Shown here in pieces: positions 19,118 to 28,028 of a stretch of DNA of 64,000 nucleotides (positions are counted from its first letter, which is position 1; each line of letters begins with the position of its first letter). This DNA comes from Acidobacteriota bacterium. Lineage in GTDB: Bacteria; Acidobacteriota; CAIWXX01. The stretch is taken from positions 1 through 64,000 of the forward strand of contig JBFMAF010000029.1 of assembly GCA_040755995.1 (NCBI GenBank), read 5' to 3'. The translations under genes were made by a program, and so were the position numbers. The notes beneath the pieces were generated by a model that was not told the origin of the DNA, did no database searches, and was given only the letters and a program-made list of their open reading frames with translations.

Positions 19118-22111
19118 ATGCTCACACTCCGGATCACTCAGACCGCCGAAGGCAACGACCAGTATCGCGTCGAAACCGCGCTCGACGAAAACGGACGCAG
19201 GTCGGGCCTCGCCACCAGCCGCTTTCTATTCGCGTTCACCGATCAAGACCGCGAGGGGATCCGCTGGTATTTGGAAGATTATCTAGAGTACCCGCTCGAT
19301 CCTGCGCCCAAGATTGCGACGCGCATCGAACGACGCATCGCCGACATTGGCACGGAACTGTTCAGCGCTGTGTTTGATTCGAGCCCGACGGCACAGCGTT
19401 TGTGGGCGCGCCTGCAGCCGAGCCTCAACGACACGCGCCTCGAAATCATCACCGGGATTCGCGAGGCGACATCTATCCCATGGGAACTCCTCCGCGATCC
19501 ATTGACCGGCACGCCGCTCGCGCTCGATGCCCGCGCGTTCGTCCGTTCACAGACCGTCCCGGCGCGGCCCCCACGCCCGGTCGACAAGTCGCCGCTCGAC
19601 GCAGGCGAGAGCAGAATCCGCATCCTGCTCATCATCTGCCGCCCGCGCGGGCGCGACGATGTGCCGTTCCGTTCCGTCGCGAGCCGGATACTCCGGAGCC
19701 TGAGCCGGGATGCTCGCAATATCGTCCAGCTCGACGTGCTGCGCCCGCCCACGTTCGAGCAGCTGGGGAAGACGCTACGCGCCGCCAAGCGCAGCGGGCA
19801 ACCATATCACGTCGTCCACTTTGACGGGCACGGCATATATGCGAACATCCCCGAGCCCGACCAACTGGCCGCGTTTCTAAAATCGCTGGGGGTCTTGACG
19901 CTGGGAAAGCCCCGCCCCGGCGAGCACGGCTATGTACTGTTTGAAAACCCGCAGGCTCGAGAGAACACGGAACTGATAGATGGCGATCGCCTGGGCAAGC
20001 TGATCGTGGAAACCGGCGTGCCTGTGCTGGTCCTCAACGCCTGCCAGTCGGCCTTTGCCCAAGCGCCTGAAGCACCCACGAGCGCCGGTCAAAGCACGCA
20101 AGACCAGGTGCGTGCGTTCGGCTCGCTGGCGCAAGAGGCGATGAACGCGGGCGTGGCTGGTGTGGTGGCGATGCGTTATGTACTCCACGTCGAGACGGCC
20201 AAACGGTTTGTGGCCGACCTGTACGACGGGCTACTCCGCGGCGAGACGCTCGGCGGCGCGGTGACGTTCGCGCGCAAACAACTGGCCGATGACCCGCAGC
20301 GCGAGATTGGCTACAAGCCCATTGTGTTGCAGGACTGGCCTGTGCCGATTGGGTACGAGGCCGGGCCCATCGCGCTCTTTCCGCCGGTTAACCATGGTGC
20401 AGCTGCGGCGCCCCGACGCATCACGGTGGACGCGCCAGCGCGCGTATCGCTGGAGGGGGTGGCGCCGCCACCCGACGTGGGCTTTTTCGGGCGCGATGAA
20501 ACGCTCCTGGCGCTCGACCGCGCGTTCGATACCCAATCCATCGTGCTGCTGAACGGCTACGCCGGGAGCGGTAAGACGACAACGGCGGCGGAATTCGCTC
20601 GCTGGTATGTGCAGACGGGCGGCGTTCAGGGGCCCGTGCTCTTTACCACGTTCGAGCAGTACCGCCCACTCCCGCGCGTGCTGGATGTGGTCGGGCACGT
20701 TTTTGAGCACATGCTTGAGCAGAATCATGTCAACTGGCTCACACTGGACAATGCAGCGCGCATAGAAATGACGTTGCTCATCCTAAGGCAAGTCCCCGTT
20801 CTGTGGATTTGGGACAACGTGGAACCCGTAGCAGGCTGGGGCGGCCTGCCGTCCGCGTGGAGCGTCATCGAGCAGAAGGAATTGGCCGACTTCTTGCGCG
20901 CAGCGCGAGAAACCGGATCCAAATTCCTACTCACCTCGCGGCGCGAGGAGCGCGCGTGGCTCGGCGATCTGCCGCGCCGGGTGAAGCTGCCGCCCATGCC
21001 CATGCAAGAGCGCGTCCAATTGGCGCGCGCGCTGGCGGACAGGCTGGGGCGGCGCATGACAGAGGTGGAGGACTGGCAGCCGCTGTTGAACTACACCGCG
21101 GGCAACCCGCTGACGCTCACAGTGGTGGTGGGCCAGGCCCTGCGCGATGGACTCAGGACGAGGGAGGAGATTGAGGCCTTTGTGACTAGACTGCGCGCGG
21201 GCGAGGCGGTGTTTGATGATGAAGCGAGTGAGGGCCGCAGTCGTAGCCTGGGGGCGTCGCTGGCGTATGGCTTCGCCAGCGCGTTCACGGAGGCCGAGCG
21301 GAAGCGGTTGGCGCTTCTCCACCTGTTCCAGGGCTTTGTGTATGTGGGTACACTTGAGGCGATGGGCGACCCGGAAATCGGCAACCTGCCCGAGGTGCAT
21401 GGCATTTCGCGCGAAGCTGGCATGGCCCTGCTAGCCCGTGCTTCCGAAATCGGCATGCTCACGTCGCACGGTGGCGGCCTTTATTCCATACAGCCGGCGC
21501 TGCCGTGGTTTTTTCGGTGCCTGTTTGAACAGCACTACGGCGCCACTCCGAGACGTCGCCCAACTGACGAAGTAGCGCACTATCTCACTTCCGCGGCTAG
21601 ACTTTACCAGGAGGCGCCAGACCTGCTGCCCCCGAACGCCGCGAATGATGTGGCCATCACGCACAACCAGCTTGGCATCATCTATCTTGATGCCGGTGAC
21701 GTCGAACGCGCGTTGATACACTTTCGGGAGGCCGCTCGGAGCCACGACTCAGCGGGCAACCTTCATGCTGCGGCACAGACCCGCTATAACGTCGCCGTCG
21801 CCCTTGTGAGCACCGCCCGCCTAACAGATGCGCTCGATTATGCCGAGGCCGCATTGCAGACCTTCTCCACCTTTGGCGACCGCGCGGGGGATCAGCTAGA
21901 AATGACGCAGAGGCTGGTTGAGGAGATTCGGCAACTGATGTCACACAGACAGTCGGGAGCGCCGGCATCACTGGGCGTCAGTACTCGCCATATTCATCCA
22001 GTCCGTATGTCCCCGAAAAGACGCGATCTCTCCGGCTGCGATCCGCCTCCGCATGCTGTCGGCAAGAAGGACCTGAACGATGTGAACGCCTGGATGGCCT
22101 GGAACCCCTGA
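19118..22111 (+). CDS. CHAT (caspase-like) + STAND NTPase + TPR protein, probably internally deleted
   Basis: VVHFDGHG and VLNACQS catalytic motifs; FFGR, Walker A GYAGSGKTT, Walker B LWIWDNVE, GNPLTL; only a few TPRs. Confidence 0.85.
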   Translation: MLTLRITQTAEGNDQYRVETALDENGRRSGLATSRFLFAFTDQDREGIRWYLEDYLEYPLDPAPKIATRIERRIADIGTELFSAVFDSSPTAQRLWARLQPSLNDTRLEIITGIREATSIPWELLRDPLTGTPLALDARAFVRSQTVPARPPRPVDKSPLDAGESRIRILLIICRPRGRDDVPFRSVASRILRSLSRDARNIVQLDVLRPPTFEQLGKTLRAAKRSGQPYHVVHFDGHGIYANIPEPDQLAAFLKSLGVLTLGKPRPGEHGYVLFENPQARENTELIDGDRLGKLIVETGVPVLVLNACQSAFAQAPEAPTSAGQSTQDQVRAFGSLAQEAMNAGVAGVVAMRYVLHVETAKRFVADLYDGLLRGETLGGAVTFARKQLADDPQREIGYKPIVLQDWPVPIGYEAGPIALFPPVNHGAAAAPRRITVDAPARVSLEGVAPPPDVGFFGRDETLLALDRAFDTQSIVLLNGYAGSGKTTTAAEFARWYVQTGGVQGPVLFTTFEQYRPLPRVLDVVGHVFEHMLEQNHVNWLTLDNAARIEMTLLILRQVPVLWIWDNVEPVAGWGGLPSAWSVIEQKELADFLRAARETGSKFLLTSRREERAWLGDLPRRVKLPPMPMQERVQLARALADRLGRRMTEVEDWQPLLNYTAGNPLTLTVVVGQALRDGLRTREEIEAFVTRLRAGEAVFDDEASEGRSRSLGASLAYGFASAFTEAERKRLALLHLFQGFVYVGTLEAMGDPEIGNLPEVHGISREAGMALLARASEIGMLTSHGGGLYSIQPALPWFFRCLFEQHYGATPRRRPTDEVAHYLTSAARLYQEAPDLLPPNAANDVAITHNQLGIIYLDAGDVERALIHFREAARSHDSAGNLHAAAQTRYNVAVALVSTARLTDALDYAEAALQTFSTFGDRAGDQLEMTQRLVEEIRQLMSHRQSGAPASLGVSTRHIHPVRMSPKRRDLSGCDPPPHAVGKKDLNDVNAWMAWNP

Positions 22112-22137
22112 AACCGAAGCCCCGAAACCGAAACCCC

Positions 22138-22166
22138 TTGACATTCTCGCCGGGATCGATGAGCAT
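22138..22166 (+). promoter_or_regulatory. candidate sigma70 promoter for an RNA convergent with DUF3800
   Basis: TTGACA (22138-22143), 17 bp, GAGCAT (weak -10 keeping the key A and T); predicted +1 near 22173. Confidence 0.4.
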
Positions 22167-22172
22167 ATGAGC

Positions 22173-22210
22173 GGAGGCTTTGTCGAGTACGATCGGCATT
22201 GCCTTTTTCC
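22173..22210 (+). ncRNA. candidate DUF3800-associated small structured RNA
   Basis: GGAGGC-UU-UGUCGA-GUACGA-UCGGCA-UU-GCCUUU stem-loop ending in a U-tract, ~30 bp beyond the DUF3800 stop on the opposite strand. Confidence 0.5.
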
Positions 22211-22240
22211 ATTTGCCCTGTGATCGATTTCCAGTCCCAT

Positions 22241-23134
22241 CTACGGGGTATCCGCTTCTCGTTTCTCCTCCCTCGGCCTGAGATCTTCGATGTAGGAGAA
22301 ACTCCAGATCTGGTGTCCCTCCCGATATGAACGGTGGCGGAGACGGCAGGCCAGATTCGCCAGGTCAGACAGCTCCTGACGTGCCGGACGATCCATGCCT
22401 CCTATCCTCGCACCCCACACTAGCAGGTAGGCGAGGATGTCCGCGACCTGGATGGCGGTGGTCAGCTCGCTATGAACGAAGAACGGCTCCGGGATGACTT
22501 GGGCAGACCTGGCCCTTCCCTTCGCCGTCTCCCGAAAATACCGCGCCATCTGGTCTATGAGAACGTGGCACTGTGATCGCTCCAACTCATCGAACACAAC
22601 CAGGCCCAAGGGTCGATCTGCCTGATCATCCAAGAAATAGAAGAATCGCTCGAACAGGTAGGCATAGTCCTTCCGCAGGAAATCCCCGTGTGGGCGGGGC
22701 GCGTCTCTATCAACGATGCTGGCAAGGGCCTTGCAGCCGTATTGGCTGCAGAGCTTGAGGACACGCTCCACAAACGAGATCTTGGCCTGGGCCAAGGCGG
22801 TGAGCTCAGCCCTTGTGACGGCCCCCTGCTTCGTGCCCGACTCATCAGAGTCACCGCGTTGCAAACATCCCAGCGCAAGCCTGGTCCGATCAGGTGGGTC
22901 GATCGGGGGCCTTTGCGAGGCCAGCCGAAAGGTCTTCCTCTTGAGGAGCCTCCGGCCCTTCAACTCTCCGCTTTCACGAGACACCCGACGACCGAAGAAC
23001 TCAATCTCCGCACTTTGAAGATCGCAAACGAAGTTCCAGAGGCTGCGGTCATGAATGCACACCCCCGCCAATACCTCATACGGTGAGTCCCGGTGATCGT
23101 GACCGCTATCGTCTACGAAGAGGAAGTAGCTCAT
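22241..23134 (-). CDS. DUF3800-domain protein
   Basis: YFLFVDDSG..YEVLAG..ELKG..VVFDE..IQVADILAY. Confidence 0.85.
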   Translation of the reverse strand: MSYFLFVDDSGHDHRDSPYEVLAGVCIHDRSLWNFVCDLQSAEIEFFGRRVSRESGELKGRRLLKRKTFRLASQRPPIDPPDRTRLALGCLQRGDSDESGTKQGAVTRAELTALAQAKISFVERVLKLCSQYGCKALASIVDRDAPRPHGDFLRKDYAYLFERFFYFLDDQADRPLGLVVFDELERSQCHVLIDQMARYFRETAKGRARSAQVIPEPFFVHSELTTAIQVADILAYLLVWGARIGGMDRPARQELSDLANLACRLRHRSYREGHQIWSFSYIEDLRPREEKREADTP

Positions 23135-23165
23135 TGCGTATGGCAACTCCGCTGTGCCGGGGGAA

Positions 23166-23726
23166 TCATGGCTTGTCCTGCACAAGATCCATCGGCAGCG
23201 AATCCAAGAACGTTTTGAGACGTTCGACCTCCGCCTTTCGTAAATCCCGGGGCAACTTCAACCGCGCGGTACAGTCTGGTCGCAAGGGAAAGGGGTATTC
23301 GATCGTGTTCGACGACACAGGCTCCACAGGATCGATCTCCCCGGCCCTCTCGGACTCCGGCACGGGATACTGCGCCGAGCCCGTCCTGCCTCGTGGCACG
23401 CCCCTCCGCGCCCCCGGCTTGCCCCTGAACCGCCATCCTGCCGGGCTCTTCGCGTAGTCCAGATAGATCCCAACTGCTTGGCGGAATCGCTGTGAATACA
23501 CTCCCAGGGTCTTCGGGGAGATCCCCTGGGAGCTCCTGTTGTGGAAACGAGTCAGAACATGCTCGACATCCATCGCAGAGACATCCTGCTGTTCGAACCC
23601 ATCAACGCCAGCAGTTACACGGCGAACAGCCGAGAGGTATGAGCTGGCGGTCGGTTTCTTGATCAAACCCTTCTCTACTGCCCAAGGCCAAAAATCCACC
23701 AGCGCCTTCCCTGATATCTGTGCCAT
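23166..23726 (-). CDS. hypothetical protein with an integrase core-binding-like helical N-terminus
   Basis: TASSYLSAVRRV..SPKTLGVY.QRFRQAV, linker, YPFPLRPD..LPRDL..EVERL; GGAGG RBS; no catalytic recombinase domain. Confidence 0.7.
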   Translation of the reverse strand: MAQISGKALVDFWPWAVEKGLIKKPTASSYLSAVRRVTAGVDGFEQQDVSAMDVEHVLTRFHNRSSQGISPKTLGVYSQRFRQAVGIYLDYAKSPAGWRFRGKPGARRGVPRGRTGSAQYPVPESERAGEIDPVEPVSSNTIEYPFPLRPDCTARLKLPRDLRKAEVERLKTFLDSLPMDLVQDKP

Positions 23727-23755
23727 TGCGACCTCCCTGCGTAGTTCACATAGAC

Positions 23756-23783
23756 ATTATGCCACATTTCACATCAATGTCAA
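23756..23783 (-). promoter_or_regulatory. sigma70-type promoter of the 23726/DUF3800 pair
   Basis: TTGACA, 16 bp ending in TGG, CATAAT on the minus strand. Confidence 0.6.
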
Positions 23784-24225
23784 GAGTCAATACACAACGA
23801 TTGCACGCCTCATTGCATGGACATTGGAATGCCCCGGTGCACCGTGCGGATCAATGAATTCAAGAGCCAGGGAATGGTACATCCTATTCGGAGGTGTTTC
23901 TGAGTGATGCTGACATCGCCGGTCACATCAGCACCTTGGTTGTACACCTCTGAATGCAGACACTCGAACTGACTTGCCCAATGTTCACATTGCGCACCCC
24001 ATTGGGCCACCGTGCTCGGTGCGATGCTATTGTCGGTCAGCGGCACCGGACCCTCTGTGGCGCGAGGGCCGTCGATGAGCCTGAGGACTCCCAGAACCAG
24101 TATGTGCCCTCGCGAATCTGCTCGCCGCAGAGCGGTCCTATGCCGGAGCTCGGGCAGCAACGAACAAGGGAGCGCGGAAGGCTCCTTGATCGGGAGTAGG
24201 GGAGACGCGGGAGCAGTCGGGGCAG

Positions 24226-24849
24226 TCAGGCGACCGTCTTGCCTGACGCCGGTCGTGGAGAGGCCGATGGAAAGGCGAGCGCTTCGAGGAGGACGAAGGC
24301 GGCTTGGAGGTAGGAGGTGGGGCAGAGGGGGAAGCATTCTTTGCAGTTGTTGCATTCCTTGGAGGCTATCTCGGGGATGAAGCTGATCTCCTTGCGGATG
24401 CCGCGGTCGACGAAGCCTACGGCGTTTAGCTTCTTGATCTCGTTGCAGTACCTCACGCAGAGGCCGCAGTGGATGCAGAATGAGGGGTCTTTTTCGAAGC
24501 GGTCGCGGTCGGCGCCGTATTGTGCGGCTAGATCGACTAGCTGAGGGGAGTCTGGGGCGCGCGCTAGTAGCAGCTCCAGTACGGTCTTGCGAATGCGGTC
24601 GACGCGGTCGGACCTCGTCCTGACATTGAGGTCTGCCTCTACCGGGTGAACACAGGACGCCACTAGCTTGTTCTGGCCGCGGGCTTCCGCTTCTACTATG
24701 CAGATCCTGCACCCGCCGTAGGGTTCCAGTCTTTCGTGCTGACACAGGGTGGGTATGGATATGTGCGCGCCTCTGGCGGCGTCCAGGACGGTCATGCCCT
24801 CGCTGGCACGGACGTCTTTGCCGTCAATCCGCAGATGGACGTCGCTCAT
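24226..24849 (-). CDS. bamI: class II benzoyl-CoA reductase subunit BamI (NuoG-N-like FeS protein)
   Basis: IPTLC..GGCRIC..ASC 2Fe-2S motif; CIHCGLC and CNNCKEC ferredoxin motifs; last gene of the operon. Confidence 0.85.
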   Translation of the reverse strand: MSDVHLRIDGKDVRASEGMTVLDAARGAHISIPTLCQHERLEPYGGCRICIVEAEARGQNKLVASCVHPVEADLNVRTRSDRVDRIRKTVLELLLARAPDSPQLVDLAAQYGADRDRFEKDPSFCIHCGLCVRYCNEIKKLNAVGFVDRGIRKEISFIPEIASKECNNCKECFPLCPTSYLQAAFVLLEALAFPSASPRPASGKTVA

Positions 24850-26779
24850 CTTCCTTGCTCTTTCTGAGGATCATTCTTCTGTCTTCCGGGATGGGAGGGG
24901 GCACCGGTACGCCGGAGAGCTTCTGCACCGCGGCGAACCTGGTCGGGCAAACCTCCAGGCACGTTCCGCAGTTGGTGCATTTCGCCTGGTCGATGACGTG
25001 GATCTTGTTCTTAGCGCCGTCGATCGCGTTCGTTGGGCACTTCCTCAGGCATATCAGGCACGCTTTGCACCTGTCCGGATCGATGTAGAACGCGATCAGC
25101 TCTTTACACGAGAGGGCAGGGCATCTCTTCTCTTTGATGTGGGCCTCGTACTCGTCTCTGAAGTAGCGCAGCGTGCTCAGGAACGGGTTTGGAGCTGTCT
25201 TGCCTAGGGCGCAGAGGGAGGCCTCCTGGGCTGTCTCGGAGAGAAGCTCCAGGGTCTCGATGTCGCCCTCCCTGCCCTTGCCCTTCGTGATCCTGTCTAA
25301 TATCCTGTGCATCTGCCGCAATCCTTCGCGACACGGGACGCACTTCCCGCAGCTCTCTTCCGTCAGGAACTCGATGAAGTACCTGGCGACATCTACCATG
25401 CACGTGTCTTCGTCCATCACTATCATGCCGCCCGAGCCCATCATCGAGCCGGCCTTCGTCAGCTCGTCGAAGCCTACTTCCAGGTCCAGCAGCTTTTCCG
25501 GAATACACCCGCCCGACGGTCCGCCGGTCTGCATCGCCTTGAACTTCTTCCCGCCGGGTATTCCACCGCCTATCTTGTAGACTACGTCCCTCAACGGAAT
25601 GCCCATCGGCACTTCGACTAAGCCGGTGTTGGCGATCTTGCCCACCAGGGAGAAGATCTTCGTGCCCTTGCTGCCATCGGTGCCGATCGAGGCGAACTCG
25701 GCGGCTCCCTTGTTGATGATCAGCGGGACATTGGCCCACGTCTCCACGTTGTTGATGTTCGTCGGCTTGTCCCAGAGCCCCTTCACCGCCGGATACGGCG
25801 GCCGCGGCCTGGGCTCGCCCGGCCTCCCCTCCAGCGACAGGATGAGAGCTGTCTCCTCGCCGCAGACGAACGCGCCGGCGCCTCGATGCACCTTTACGTG
25901 GAAGTCGAATCCGGAGCCGAGGATGTTCTTCCCCAACAGGCCGCGCTCCTCAGCCTGCCTCAGCGCAATGCCAAGGTTCTTCACCGCCAGCGGATACTCC
26001 TGGCGGACGTAGACGAAGCCATGTTGAGATCCGATCGCATACGCACCGATCAGCAGCCCCTCGATCACGCTGTGCGGATTGCCTTCCATGAGAGACCTGT
26101 CCATGTAGGCCCCTGGGTCTCCCTCGTCGCAGTTCACAACGACGTACTTCGGGTCGCCTGGGGCATTGCGAGCGATCTCCCATTTCACACCGGTGAGAAA
26201 ACCGGCTCCACCTCGCCCGCGCAGCTTCGCTTCCTTCACCTCCGCAATGATCTGCTCCGGCGTCATCTCGAACAGCGCCTTGACCAGCGCCCGGTAGCCG
26301 CCGATCGCTATGTAGTCTTCGATGCTCTGGGGATCGATCTTCCGGTTGGGGCCGAAGACGAGCCGTCTCTGATTCTTGTAGAACGGGATGTCGGATTCCC
26401 TGGTCGTCTTCTCGCCCGTGACTTGGTGAACGTAGAGCAGGCGATCTATGATCTTGTTCTCATTCAAGGCCGCGGAGGCGATCTCGGGAACGTCTCCGGG
26501 CGCCACCTGCAGATAGCACGTCTCCTCGGGGTCGATCACAACGATCGGACCTCTTTCGCAAAAGCCGTGACAACCGGTGCTCCTGAGACCCACCTTGTCC
26601 TTCAGGCCCTGCTTTTCGAATTCGTCCTTGAAGGCTGAGACCACGTCAGTCGCGCCGCATGCAAGGCAGCCGGTTCCTGCGCATATCGAAACGCATGGCG
26701 AGTTGGGGTCTCTTCGGGATGATAGCTCTTGCGAGAGCTTCGCCAGCTCTTCGGGCGAGCTCAGGCGTGGCACTGTCAT
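24824..26779 (-). CDS. bamH: BamH, NuoF-like FMN/NADH-binding subunit
   Basis: LRGRGGAGF, NCDEGDPG, GAGAFVCGEETAL, ESCGKCVPC and a C-terminal 2x4Fe-4S domain. Confidence 0.9.
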   Translation of the reverse strand: MTVPRLSSPEELAKLSQELSSRRDPNSPCVSICAGTGCLACGATDVVSAFKDEFEKQGLKDKVGLRSTGCHGFCERGPIVVIDPEETCYLQVAPGDVPEIASAALNENKIIDRLLYVHQVTGEKTTRESDIPFYKNQRRLVFGPNRKIDPQSIEDYIAIGGYRALVKALFEMTPEQIIAEVKEAKLRGRGGAGFLTGVKWEIARNAPGDPKYVVVNCDEGDPGAYMDRSLMEGNPHSVIEGLLIGAYAIGSQHGFVYVRQEYPLAVKNLGIALRQAEERGLLGKNILGSGFDFHVKVHRGAGAFVCGEETALILSLEGRPGEPRPRPPYPAVKGLWDKPTNINNVETWANVPLIINKGAAEFASIGTDGSKGTKIFSLVGKIANTGLVEVPMGIPLRDVVYKIGGGIPGGKKFKAMQTGGPSGGCIPEKLLDLEVGFDELTKAGSMMGSGGMIVMDEDTCMVDVARYFIEFLTEESCGKCVPCREGLRQMHRILDRITKGKGREGDIETLELLSETAQEASLCALGKTAPNPFLSTLRYFRDEYEAHIKEKRCPALSCKELIAFYIDPDRCKACLICLRKCPTNAIDGAKNKIHVIDQAKCTNCGTCLEVCPTRFAAVQKLSGVPVPPPIPEDRRMILRKSKEDERRPSAD

Positions 26780-26782
26780 GAT

Positions 26783-27235
26783 CTACTCGTAGCCCTTCAT
26801 CACGTCTTTCGCATCTGCCGACGATAGCCTGCCGTGAGTCTTCCCGTCGACTACCATCACCGGCCCCAGAGCACAGCAGCCGAGACAGTTCACGGTCTCC
26901 AGGCTGAACTTCAGATCCATGTCCGTTTCGCCGGGCGTGATGCCGGTCAGATCCTTGACCGTGTCGAGGATGCGATCGGAGCCGCGGACGTGACATGCCG
27001 TGCCCATACAAACGTGTACCTCGTGGCGTCCCTTCGGAACCAGGCTGAAGGCCTTGTAGAACGTCGCGATGTGCCGTATCCGGCTCATGGGAACCTGCAG
27101 TCTTTCGCTCACTCTCTCCAACGCTTCCCTCGGCAGCCAGTGGTTTTCGCTCTGTATTTCGAGCAATACCTGGATGAGGGAACTGGCCTCGCACTGGTGC
27201 TCGTCTATGATCCAATCGATTCTTTCGATGTCCAT
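26783..27235 (-). CDS. bamG: BamG, NuoE-like 2Fe-2S subunit
   Basis: ATFY, VCMGTACH, NCLGCCALGP. Confidence 0.9.
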   Translation of the reverse strand: MDIERIDWIIDEHQCEASSLIQVLLEIQSENHWLPREALERVSERLQVPMSRIRHIATFYKAFSLVPKGRHEVHVCMGTACHVRGSDRILDTVKDLTGITPGETDMDLKFSLETVNCLGCCALGPVMVVDGKTHGRLSSADAKDVMKGYE

Positions 27236-27242
27236 CGCTGCT

Positions 27243-28004
27243 CTACGCCAGGGAGTAGCTCCCCCGGTTCGCATCGTACCTGACCAATCCATACTTCGAT
27301 GAGGCTCTGACGTGTCTCGACAACTCGCTCGGGCTCAGACCCGTCTTCTTCGACAGCTCTCCGGTCGACAGAGGGCCTCCGCCGAGAAGCGACATGATCT
27401 GTGAAAGGGCCAGTTTGTCTACGATCAGCTCCTTGAACAGCACGTCCATCTCTTCGCTGGCGTAAAATCTCCGATAAGCCTCTTCTGACTTGACCGGCAC
27501 TCTGAGTCTCTCCCTCTCCACCAGCCTGATGTACGGGACCAGCTCTGCTATGGCCTCGAGCTTGCGCTTCATTGCGGCTACGTCGATGCCTTCGCCCTTG
27601 CCGAGAGGACCCAGCTTTTTCAGAGTCTCCGCAAACTCGTTCATGACCTCTGCGAAGCGGATGCCTTCACCGGCCGACATCCCCTCGATCCTCAGTCGTT
27701 CGGGATTCAACCCGACGTGCTCCAGCAGTCTCTTGCCGAGCAACACCATGCCCAACGCGTGGTAGTTCCCGTCGGTGATGTAATGGCATTCGTTGAATCG
27801 GCAGCCGCCTATGAAGACCCCGTCCATGCCGTTGATGAATCCGCGGAGCACGAAAGAGAGGTCGACCCTGCCGCTGCACATCACGCGAATGAGTCTGGCG
27901 TCGGTCGCGTATTGTTGTCTGGAAACTCCAGACAGGTCCGCTGCCCCGTACGCTCACCAGTTGCAGACGAACCCCAGGAATCTCGGCTTGTGCTCAAGAT
28001 GCAT
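27243..28004 (-). CDS. bamF: BamF, MvhD-like selenoprotein (UGA = Sec17)
   Basis: AGGAGG RBS and ATG 28004; FVCNW-UGA-AYGAAD continues in frame to VMCSGRVD..GCRFNECHY; C-terminal HTH-like extension. Confidence 0.9.
27907..27953 (-). promoter_or_regulatory. bacterial SECIS-like hairpin
   Basis: Directly 3' of the UGA: GCGUA..UGUCUGGA-GUU-UCCAGACA..UACGC; perfect 8-bp upper stem, with 27 nt between the UGA and the apical G. Confidence 0.75.
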
Positions 28005-28028
28005 GGCCTACCTCCTTTCTGCGCGGTG

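Noticed and set aside
23166..23726. Functional tyrosine integrase for the hotspot
   Set aside because: Only 186 aa and no R-H-R-Y catalytic domain.
12617..24849. Diversity-generating retroelement template/variable repeats as the cause of the bamI copies
   Set aside because: No reverse transcriptase seen; differences are not adenine-restricted and look mostly synonymous or conservative.
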